From the NCBI GenBank assembly GCA_045656665.1, contig JAZORP010000054.1, positions 1-62,451 on the forward strand: DNA of 62,451 nucleotides, given 5' to 3'. The notes below the pieces were generated by a model. That model had not been told where the DNA came from and did not search any database. It saw only the letters and a list, made by a program, of their open reading frames with translations. Below, one piece after another: positions 28,528 to 36,465 of the stretch. A program made the translations under genes and the position numbers. This DNA comes from Acutalibacteraceae bacterium (lineage in GTDB: Bacteria > Bacillota > Clostridia > Oscillospirales > Acutalibacteraceae). Position 1 is the stretch's first letter. Every line of letters starts with the position of its first letter.

Positions 28528-28806
28528 TTATTTTATTGAGGGGAGAATTTTCTCTACATCCTCATGGGGACGCGGGATTACATGTGTTGCAATAAGCTCG
28601 CCCAAATGGGAAGCTGAGCTTGCGCCGGCTTCAACAGCAGATTTAACTGCGCCAACATCTCCGCGAACCATAACAGATACCAAGCCGGAGCCGATCTTTT
28701 CGGTGCCGATGAGCTGAACATTTGCAGCCTTAACCATCGCATCAGCAGCCTCAATTGCAGCTACTAAGCCTCTGGTTTCAACCATACCTAATGCTTCAAG
28801 TGCCAT
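28528..28806 (-). CDS. BMC hexamer shell protein (BMC-H), near-identical paralog
   Basis: Same motifs; ORF 28528..28926 trimmed to ATG 28806, which has AAGGAGGT 8 nt upstream and gives a 92-aa product collinear with its neighbour. Confidence 0.88.
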   Translation of the reverse strand: MALEALGMVETRGLVAAIEAADAMVKAANVQLIGTEKIGSGLVSVMVRGDVGAVKSAVEAGASSASHLGELIATHVIPRPHEDVEKILPSIK

Positions 28807-28937
28807 TTTTCTTACCTCCTTTTTGGGTGGTAGTTTCACAGCCTCAAGGGCCGGAGCAACTATATCTTCTTTTTTATCTGCCATAACGACTGCCTGCCTT
28901 TCTGACTGATCCTGTGTGTTATACAAAATCTATATCA

Positions 28938-29210
28938 TTAAAGCTTGGGAAGAATATTTTCTACATCGCCGTGAGGACGCGGAATTACGTGAACAGCAAT
29001 AAGCTCACCAAGTCTTGATGCGGTGGCAGAACCTGCTTCAACAGCAGCCTTAACAGCGCCAACATCACCGCGAACCATAACAGATACCAAACCGGAGCCG
29101 ATTTTTTCGGTGCCGATAAGGGTAACCTCAGCAGCCTTAACCATTGCATCAGCAGCTTCAACAGCAGCTGTAAGGCCGCGAGTTTCGATCATTCCAAGAG
29201 CTTCTTTCAT
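28938..29210 (-). CDS. BMC hexamer shell protein (BMC-H)
   Basis: [27 protein letters not shown]...[19 protein letters not shown]. Confidence 0.95.
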   Translation of the reverse strand: MKEALGMIETRGLTAAVEAADAMVKAAEVTLIGTEKIGSGLVSVMVRGDVGAVKAAVEAGSATASRLGELIAVHVIPRPHGDVENILPKL

Positions 29211-29262
29211 AAGGGGATTCCTCCAATTAAAAATTCATTAAATTTATGTTTTATGTTTGTTA

Positions 29263-30465
29263 TTACTTATTGATAATTGCGATCTTGAGGCCTTCCATCT
29301 TCAAGTTGGTTTCGAGCGCCTCGTTGATCTGCTCCAACCCATATCTATGAGTGATAAGCTTGCTCATCGGCAGCCCGATTCCTTTAGCTCTCTTTAAGAA
29401 ATCAAAGGTGGTGGCGTAATCGCGCAGGTTGTAAACCCAAGAGCCAACGGTTGTAATTTCCTTTGAGCAGATGTCGAAGTGGGGGTTTATCGTAGCGTCG
29501 CCGCCGTTGATAAAGAAGCCCAACTCGCAAAGTCCGCCGCCGTTGCGGATGAACTTATAAATATTGCTGTGAGCCACAGGCGAACCTGTGCACTGGAAAG
29601 CAAAATCTGCCGGATAACCGCCAAAGGCATTTTCAACCGCAGCAGCAAGAGCCTCAATACCCTTATGCTCTTTAAAGTTAACTGTTGCAGATGCTCCCAA
29701 TTCCTTAGCAAAATTAAGACGCTTTGCCTCGCCGTCAACCGCAAGGATGTTTTCAATACCCATGGTACGCAAAATAGCGATGCAGATAAGACCGATGGGG
29801 CCGCAGCCCTGAACAACCACGCGGCTGTTAAAGCGAAGAATTCCGGTCGACTTTGCGCGCTCTACCGCGTGGATAAGAACTGCGCAGGGCTCAATCAGAA
29901 TACGGGAATCCAGATCCAAGTCACTTACATTGAAAACTGATGAACCGCCTCTGATTAACATATAATCAGCAAACCAACCGTTCAAATGAATGTCGTCATC
30001 CGGAAGCAGACCATAAACATCTGCGCCGCCGACATTCTGCTTGTTAAGGTCAAACATCGTGATATCCGGATTATCCTTAAATATCATACAGGTGACGACC
30101 TTGTCACCTATCGCGAGGGGTTTGCCCGCGCTGTCTTTCTTAACATTTTTGCCCATCTTAACGATTTCTCCGGTGCCCTCGTGACCAAGAGCCACAGGGA
30201 TAAGGCCGAAGGGGTCGCGCTTGAACTCGTGTGCATCGGTTCCGCAGACACCACATCCCTCAACCTTAACAAGGATGTCATCGTCGCCAACCTCAGGCAT
30301 GGGATATTCTTTAATTTCGAATTTCTCAAGACCTGTAAGCATAGCTACGCGGGCGGTGGAAGGTATACTTTTGTTCGAAGCTGAAGATGATTGGGAACCT
30401 TGACCTTTCATCCCTTCAAGCACCTGACGAACAATTTCTTCAATATTGGAAGAATTAACGTCCAT
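29263..30465 (-). CDS. Zn-dependent medium-chain alcohol dehydrogenase with N-terminal encapsulation-peptide-like extension
   Basis: GCGVCGTDAHE and GHEGTGEIV Zn-ADH motifs; GCGPIGL Rossmann; N-terminal NIEEIVRQVLEGMKG followed by a Ser/Gln-rich linker. Confidence 0.85.
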   Translation of the reverse strand: MDVNSSNIEEIVRQVLEGMKGQGSQSSSASNKSIPSTARVAMLTGLEKFEIKEYPMPEVGDDDILVKVEGCGVCGTDAHEFKRDPFGLIPVALGHEGTGEIVKMGKNVKKDSAGKPLAIGDKVVTCMIFKDNPDITMFDLNKQNVGGADVYGLLPDDDIHLNGWFADYMLIRGGSSVFNVSDLDLDSRILIEPCAVLIHAVERAKSTGILRFNSRVVVQGCGPIGLICIAILRTMGIENILAVDGEAKRLNFAKELGASATVNFKEHKGIEALAAAVENAFGGYPADFAFQCTGSPVAHSNIYKFIRNGGGLCELGFFINGGDATINPHFDICSKEITTVGSWVYNLRDYATTFDFLKRAKGIGLPMSKLITHRYGLEQINEALETNLKMEGLKIAIINK

Positions 30466-30467
30466 TT

Positions 30468-30950
30468 CTATATTCCGCCTTTCTCAAAAAGTTGTTTGCC
30501 GTATTCCGCCAAAGCGGTGTCCTGCTCCTCGCTTCCTCCGCTGACACCAAGGCCGCCTATAACAGCACCCGAAGCATCGCAAAGCGGTTCGCCACCCCCG
30601 AAAATCACAATGTGACCCTCGTTTGTGAATTGAATCCCGTAAAGCGAACCTCCAGGCTGAGCCAGCGTCTTAAGCTTAGATGTGGACATTTTAAGTGATA
30701 CTACAGTGAATGCTTTTTGCAGCGCCACATCATAGCTTGCAATGTAGGAATCATCCATACATTCCACAAGCACCGGGCGAGCAGCCCTATTTGATATAGC
30801 AACAACAGCTTTAACGCCCATTTCCGAAGCCTTTTTTCGTATCTGCTCGCTAAGCTTGCGAGCCTTGTCCAAAGAGATATCCTTGTTAAAGGCCCCCTCA
30901 ACCTGACGAGCTACCGCATCCACCAAAGAACGCAAAGCATCATCATTCAT
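30468..30950 (-). CDS. GlcG/HbpS-like (DUF336, PduO C-terminal-domain-like) protein
   Basis: GGGEPL...GAVIGGLGVSGGSEEQD pattern of DUF336; about 24-aa amphipathic N-terminal extension. Confidence 0.8.
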   Translation of the reverse strand: MNDDALRSLVDAVARQVEGAFNKDISLDKARKLSEQIRKKASEMGVKAVVAISNRAARPVLVECMDDSYIASYDVALQKAFTVVSLKMSTSKLKTLAQPGGSLYGIQFTNEGHIVIFGGGEPLCDASGAVIGGLGVSGGSEEQDTALAEYGKQLFEKGGI

Positions 30951-30962
30951 GCTTTTGCCCTC

Positions 30963-31766
30963 TTATTTACCAAGCTGCTTCAAAACGCGGTTGGTAATCT
31001 CAGCGATGAGATCTCCATCTGAGTGACCGCCGCAATCGCCGCTGCAGTTTCCGCCGCAACCGTGGCAGCTAGCCTTACCGCTCTTAGCATTGGGGCAAAG
31101 ATCAGCAGGATGCTTACCCTTCATGCCGAACTGACGGCGAATCTCATACAAACGCTGCACCTGAGCGTCGCTTAACTCCTTCGGGCCGCCAAGCTGTTTA
31201 GATATGTAAAGCAGACGAGCGTAGAACTCAACAGATTCCATCTTGTGATAAGCATTGAGGAGACTGTCAGAGAAAGAAAGCGCACCGTGATTCTCAAGCA
31301 ATACCGCATCAAAAGATTGCAAATATTTAGCAACTGCGTCGGGAATCTCTTCGGTAGAAGGTGTGCCATATTCAGCTATCGGCACGCAACCGAGAGCGAT
31401 AACAGCCTCAGGCATAATGGGCTGTGTGAGCGGAATGCCTGCAATAGCAAATCCTGTAGCATAAAGCGGATGCGCATGAACTACAGCCTTAACGTCGGGG
31501 CGCTCTTTGTAGACACGCATATGCATCTTGATTTCGGAAGAGGGCTTAAATCCGGGATTAGCCTGGATAACCTTACCGTCGCGGTCTACCTTACAGATGT
31601 ACTCAGGAGTCATAAATCCTTTGCTCACGCCGGTAGGAGTGCAAAGGAATTCATTGTCGCCTATCTTAACGGAAATGTTACCGTCATTTGAAGCAACCAT
31701 CCCTCTGTCGTAGATGCGTTTACCAATGTCGCAAATTTGTTTTTTGATTTCATACTCGTTTACCAT
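30963..31766 (-). CDS. class II (fuculose/rhamnulose-1-phosphate-type) aldolase with C-terminal Cys-rich linker and encapsulation-peptide-like tail
   Basis: NDGNISVK, HAHPLYATG, ENHGALSF class II aldolase/adducin motifs; C-terminal CHGCGGNCSGDCGGHS then DLIAEITNRVLKQL. Confidence 0.9.
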   Translation of the reverse strand: MVNEYEIKKQICDIGKRIYDRGMVASNDGNISVKIGDNEFLCTPTGVSKGFMTPEYICKVDRDGKVIQANPGFKPSSEIKMHMRVYKERPDVKAVVHAHPLYATGFAIAGIPLTQPIMPEAVIALGCVPIAEYGTPSTEEIPDAVAKYLQSFDAVLLENHGALSFSDSLLNAYHKMESVEFYARLLYISKQLGGPKELSDAQVQRLYEIRRQFGMKGKHPADLCPNAKSGKASCHGCGGNCSGDCGGHSDGDLIAEITNRVLKQLGK

Positions 31767-32124
31767 AAGGCGTTCTCCTTTTTTAATTTATATTGATTTT
31801 TGCCTTTTGTGATGTTATTTTAACACAATGCCAACCAAAAGTCAATACTTTTTTCTTTATTTTTGTTTACTTTTCTTTGTTTTTTGTAGGATTTTTTCCA
31901 AAAATCCTTTGTTTTTATGTTGTTTTCAGGTTTCATTGCTTGTTTTCGGCCTACATTTATATAGGTGTAGGAAATTTTTTCTTGTTTATATCGACCTATA
32001 CAAACCTAAATAGAATGGATTTTTGATTTATTTTATAGTTTTTTTGCATCATCTTCAATACAAATACAAATCAAAACAAACAAAAATAACAAAAAACCAA
32101 CATTTATACTAAAAAATTAAATTA

Positions 32125-32165
32125 TTTAAAAAATTTAAAGCCGCAAGGTCACACTCGCGGCTTTC
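32125..32165 (-). terminator. rho-independent terminator after malQ
   Basis: AAGCCGCGAGTGTGACCTTGCGGCTT hairpin and a U-run on the minus strand. Confidence 0.65.
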
Positions 32166-32174
32166 ATTGATAAA

Positions 32175-33656
32175 TTATTTTTTGGGCAGTCGACCGTAGA
32201 GTGCTGTATTTTCTCTGACGACTGTTGCCAACCAATCATTGATGCACTCCCCTTTTATTCTCCAACGCCAATTTCCGCCTAGGGTTGACGGGGTGTTTAT
32301 TCGAGCCTCGGAGCCGAGACCTATAATATCATTCATCATAAGAATACACCTATCTGCCACAGACATCATAGCCGCTTTCATCATAGCCCAATTAAAGCCC
32401 GCGTCTTGCGGATAATTCAAATAACGGCGAGCCATTTCAACATCTGACGGGGCTGCAGTTTCAAGCCAGCCCATAATGGTGTCATTATCGTGGGTGCCTG
32501 TATAGACAACACAGTTGCGCTCATAATTGTGAGGCAGATAATCGCTCTCCTCGCGGGTATCAAAAGCAAATTGCAGGACCTTCATCCCCGGAAAACCGGT
32601 GTTTTTAAGCAATTTAAAAACAGCCGGAGTCAGGAATCCTAAATCCTCTGCAATAATGGGGAGATTCTCTCCGAACTCAGCCTTAACCGCATCAAAAAGC
32701 TCCATATCAGGGCCCTTTATCCATCGCCCGTTCTTAGCCGTCTCATCACCATACGGTATAGCATAAAAGGATTCAAATGCGCGAAAGTGATCAATCCTCG
32801 TAAGGTCATAGCGCTTCATCGCAAAGCCAAGATAACCTTTCCACCAGGCATATCCGGACTCTTTCATAGCCTTCCAGTTATATATAGGGTTTCCCCACAG
32901 TTGGCCGTCAGCAGAAAAAGCATCGGGCGGACAGCCTGCAACCTTTTTGGGATTTAAATTTTTATCCAACAAAAACTGTGACGGATTTGCCCAAACATCC
33001 GCAGAGTCCAAAGCTACATATATAGGAATATCTCCTATTATATCCACACCCTTGCTGTTGGCATATTTTTTCAAGGCCTGCCATTGTTCATCAAATTCAA
33101 ACTGAACAAAGCGGTAAAAATCAATATCCTCTTTATATTGCTTCCGCGCGCTCTTAATCGCTTCCTCCTCCCGCTTTTTGAGAGGCTTCTCCCATTCGCT
33201 CCAAGCGATATCGCCGCGAGCATTTTTTAAAGCCATAAAGAGAGCATAATCATCAAGCCAATATGCATTCTGTTTAATAAATTTATTGTAGCTACTGTTC
33301 GCCTTAAAGCGAGATGCTGCAATTCTAAGAATAGGCAGGCGGTTTTGATAAAGCTTGCCGTAGTCTACGGTCTCGTCATCTTCCCCAAAATCAAAGGCCT
33401 TTAGCTCCCTTTCTTCAAGCAGCCCTTTTTCTATCAGAATATCAAGGTCGATAAAATATGGATTGCCTGCAAATGAAGAAAATGACTGATAGGGCGAGTC
33501 TCCGTAGTTAGTAGGATTTATGGGCAGAATCTGCCAATGGCTCTGCCCCGCTTTTTCAAGAAAATCAACAAATCGATAAGCCTCTTTGCCAAAGGTGCCT
33601 ATTCCGTAAGGCGAGGGCAAAGAAAAAATCGGCATCAAAATTCCGCTGGTTCTCAT
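32175..33656 (-). CDS. malQ: 4-alpha-glucanotransferase (amylomaltase, GH77)
   Basis: SGILMPIFSLPSPYGIG, GDIPIYV, RIDHFRAF, TGTHDNDT motifs. Confidence 0.95.
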   Translation of the reverse strand: MRTSGILMPIFSLPSPYGIGTFGKEAYRFVDFLEKAGQSHWQILPINPTNYGDSPYQSFSSFAGNPYFIDLDILIEKGLLEERELKAFDFGEDDETVDYGKLYQNRLPILRIAASRFKANSSYNKFIKQNAYWLDDYALFMALKNARGDIAWSEWEKPLKKREEEAIKSARKQYKEDIDFYRFVQFEFDEQWQALKKYANSKGVDIIGDIPIYVALDSADVWANPSQFLLDKNLNPKKVAGCPPDAFSADGQLWGNPIYNWKAMKESGYAWWKGYLGFAMKRYDLTRIDHFRAFESFYAIPYGDETAKNGRWIKGPDMELFDAVKAEFGENLPIIAEDLGFLTPAVFKLLKNTGFPGMKVLQFAFDTREESDYLPHNYERNCVVYTGTHDNDTIMGWLETAAPSDVEMARRYLNYPQDAGFNWAMMKAAMMSVADRCILMMNDIIGLGSEARINTPSTLGGNWRWRIKGECINDWLATVVRENTALYGRLPKK

Positions 33657-33795
33657 ACTTTTTTCCTCAAGTTCCTTAAATTATCCTTTAAATGTTCCTA
33701 GAACGCACTATAATACAGCGTCACTATCGAGAATACCGCCGCAAATGCGCTTTTTTAGAAAACGCGCCTGCAGCGGTATTTGTTAATTATAAAAT

Positions 33796-35172
33796 TCAGT
33801 TCAGCTTCGGCAGACTTGCTGCTGCAACCGATTGGCCAACCCTTCTCGAATTTTCATCAGGAATGTGAAGCTTTATCTTTGCTGCGAGCTCAGGGAACTC
33901 TTTATCAAGTACCTCTTGAGCCTTTGAAAGAAGGATAACTCCACCCTCTCCCGAAGTTACTCGGCCCATAATAAGCACGTGCTTGATATCATAAAACTCG
34001 CTGTAATAAGCGATAGCATAGCCAAAGCAGGTGCCGATAGTGTCGTAAACATCAGCTGCGCGCTGATCGCCTTTTTCCATAAGGCCCTGAACTACCTTTA
34101 GCTTTTCAGCAGGGGAAAGAGCTTCATCCAGCTCAATTCCCGCTCTGGGAGCAAGCTTTATAACACCGTCCTGCGAGAAATACTTAACACCGCAGCCGTA
34201 ATCGCCCGACCATTCATCAACCATAGCATCTTCATTATAATCAATGGGCGCGAATGCAAGCTCATTCAGCCAGCCGGTAATATTGCCTTCCATATCAACA
34301 TAGCCTGCAGCCTCGGATGTACCCATAGCAACACCGAGAACTCCATTGTCGTTGAGATTCATAGCTCCTGCCAATGCTGTGACATCGCCGTCATTTGCAA
34401 CCTCGATCGGAATGTCGGCGCCTATCTCTTTGGCAACATCGAGGTACATATTTTTAACCTTTTTATCGAAATCCTCGTCATTCACTTTTAAGAAAAGAGA
34501 AGCAACCATTATGCGATTATCGATATATACACCCGCGCTGGAAACACCAATAGCATCCACCCTCGGCATATGGGAAGCTGCGGTTTTCATAGCTTCGAGT
34601 ATGCCTTGATAGTGGTAATCAGGGTCAGAATTTGTTTTGGGGAACCATACAACCTCTTCGGAGTAAACACTCTCGCCGTTAATAACAGCGCTGACCTTAC
34701 GGTCACTGCCGCCCGCATCAAAGCCGATGCGGCAACCGTCAAGATGGCGGCCTACGGGCGCTGCGGAAGAGATGTTCTCGGGCGCATTTTCAATAGAGCA
34801 AAGCTCCACTTCAAAATCACGCTCGTAAACACGCTCCATAAAGTTCACATCAAAATCACGCTTTCCGCCGTGTGAAAATGCCTTTTTAATGTAATTACCG
34901 ACAGTTTCACTGCCTGCCACTATAATCTTATATCCGCCCGAAACCCACAAAAGAGACTTCGCGATGCGCTCTGCAAATTTGAAGTTTTCTTCATCCTTGC
35001 CTATTCCGTCGCAGAAAATGCGGGTTTTATAAACGGTGGTGTAACCCTTGTTTCTGACAGCGGCGATAACAATGTCCTGACCGTCTTCTGCTGTCTGCTC
35101 GCGCATTTCGCGGCAAACTACCGAAAGTGGCTCGAAACCAGGGTCTAATTTTGCTTTGACTTTAAGATTCAT
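33796..35172 (-). CDS. ROK/ASKHA-fold sugar kinase-like protein with about 150-aa N-terminal extra domain
   Basis: GFDAGGSD phosphate-1 loop; ANDGDVTALAG; GVAMGTSEAAGY; start set to ATG 35172 after GGAGGAG; overlaps the nagA stop by 11 nt. Confidence 0.65.
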   Translation of the reverse strand: MNLKVKAKLDPGFEPLSVVCREMREQTAEDGQDIVIAAVRNKGYTTVYKTRIFCDGIGKDEENFKFAERIAKSLLWVSGGYKIIVAGSETVGNYIKKAFSHGGKRDFDVNFMERVYERDFEVELCSIENAPENISSAAPVGRHLDGCRIGFDAGGSDRKVSAVINGESVYSEEVVWFPKTNSDPDYHYQGILEAMKTAASHMPRVDAIGVSSAGVYIDNRIMVASLFLKVNDEDFDKKVKNMYLDVAKEIGADIPIEVANDGDVTALAGAMNLNDNGVLGVAMGTSEAAGYVDMEGNITGWLNELAFAPIDYNEDAMVDEWSGDYGCGVKYFSQDGVIKLAPRAGIELDEALSPAEKLKVVQGLMEKGDQRAADVYDTIGTCFGYAIAYYSEFYDIKHVLIMGRVTSGEGGVILLSKAQEVLDKEFPELAAKIKLHIPDENSRRVGQSVAAASLPKLN

Positions 35173-36304
35173 ATTTAACTTCTCCTCCGATGAAAGTTTT
35201 GTTGACATTAAATTCACAGTCTGTGATTATAAGATCGGCATCCTTGCCGGTTTCTATAGAACCCTTTTTGTCATCAAGGCCTATTGCCGTTGCAGGGTTA
35301 AGACTTGCGCAATTGACACATTCATAAAGCGGGATATCAGAGTTTGTGTAAACATTCCAAACGCCCTTGTTGAGCTGCAGCACGCTACCTGCTACGGTGC
35401 CGTCCTCAAGGCGGCAGACGATATCATTATAAATAATTTTAGCGCCGCCGAGGGTGTACTCACCATACGGCAGACCTCCCGCCGGAAGACAGTCGGTAAT
35501 AAAGCAAAGCTTTCTGCCCTTTAATTTCCATATAATATCATAAAAGCAGGGGTTTACATGGAATGTGTCCACTATCATCTCACAGCTGACATCGGATTTA
35601 AGAGCCGCCGTAACCACACCGGGCGCTCTGTGAGCCAAAGGAGTCATCGCGTTGAATAAATGTGTTGCATGCTTCACTCCTGCAGCAACGCCGGCCATTG
35701 CAGTTTCATAGTCAGACGAGGTGTGCCCCATTGAAACCACAGTATTAGTGTCGCGGCAGATTTCTCTAATAGCCGAAAAGTCGGCCGTGTCGGTCTCGGG
35801 AGCTAGGGTGATTATACTTATAATGTCAGAATATTCTTTAACAAACGCCGCATCGGGTTTTAATATGTACTTAGCATCCTGCGCACCTTTTTTAGACTCG
35901 CTTATAAATGGGCCCTCTGCGTGGCAGCCTAAAATTTGAGAACCATCCCAATTCTTGCTTTCTTCTTTTAAATCACGGCAAACCTCAAGCGATTTTCTGA
36001 TAACCTTCATATCGACCGTCATTGTAGTGGGCAGATATCCCGTGACACCGTTTGCCAAAAGGCCTTTCGATATCGTGCGGATGCTTTCCTCCCTGCCGTC
36101 GCACACATCTTTACCGAGATATCCGTGAATGTGCAGGTCTATAAGTCCGGGAGCAACATATCCGCCTTTGGCATCAATAACTTCCGCATCGTAAGGTACA
36201 CTCTCCAAAGGCACTATACCCTCGATTTTATCAGAAAACAGCAATGCTTTATTTTCAATCACAGAATCTTTCAATACAATTTTTCCATTGATGATAGCTT
36301 TCAT
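35162..36304 (-). CDS. nagA: N-acetylglucosamine-6-phosphate deacetylase
   Basis: GLIDLHIHG, GHTSS, HLFNAM, GKDADLI amidohydrolase motifs. Confidence 0.92.
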   Translation of the reverse strand: MKAIINGKIVLKDSVIENKALLFSDKIEGIVPLESVPYDAEVIDAKGGYVAPGLIDLHIHGYLGKDVCDGREESIRTISKGLLANGVTGYLPTTMTVDMKVIRKSLEVCRDLKEESKNWDGSQILGCHAEGPFISESKKGAQDAKYILKPDAAFVKEYSDIISIITLAPETDTADFSAIREICRDTNTVVSMGHTSSDYETAMAGVAAGVKHATHLFNAMTPLAHRAPGVVTAALKSDVSCEMIVDTFHVNPCFYDIIWKLKGRKLCFITDCLPAGGLPYGEYTLGGAKIIYNDIVCRLEDGTVAGSVLQLNKGVWNVYTNSDIPLYECVNCASLNPATAIGLDDKKGSIETGKDADLIITDCEFNVNKTFIGGEVKYES

Positions 36305-36399
36305 ATAAAATCTCCCGTATTTTGGAATTATTTTAATGAAATTATAGCAAATTGATATATATAAATCAATATTTTTTAAAGATATTTTTTCGTAAAATA

Positions 36400-36428
36400 T
36401 TTAATTTAGCATTGTTTTATGGTATAAT
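36400..36428 (+). promoter_or_regulatory. candidate sigma-A promoter with extended -10
   Basis: TGGTATAAT at 36420-36428; weak -35 TTTAAT 17 nt upstream; 37 nt before the flavodiiron start. Confidence 0.35.
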
Positions 36429-36465
36429 ACTATTAAATCGAAGTTTTTTGAGAGGTGTTGAGTAT

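Noticed and set aside
28807-28926. 40-codon N-terminal extension of the second BMC-H gene, possibly a shell-protein extension
   Set aside because: The internal ATG at 28806 has a strong AAGGAGGT SD and yields a product collinear with the neighbouring 92-aa paralog. An extended isoform cannot be excluded without proteomics.
29479-30384. 153-aa and 132-aa + strand ORFs plus minus-strand alternate-frame ORFs
   Set aside because: All lie inside the Zn-ADH gene, whose frame carries the clear motifs. These are shadow or alternate-frame ORFs.
31793-32026. 77-aa and 61-aa Phe-rich ORFs
   Set aside because: They are artefacts of the T-rich leader upstream of the BMC operon. They have no SD and overlap each other in different frames.
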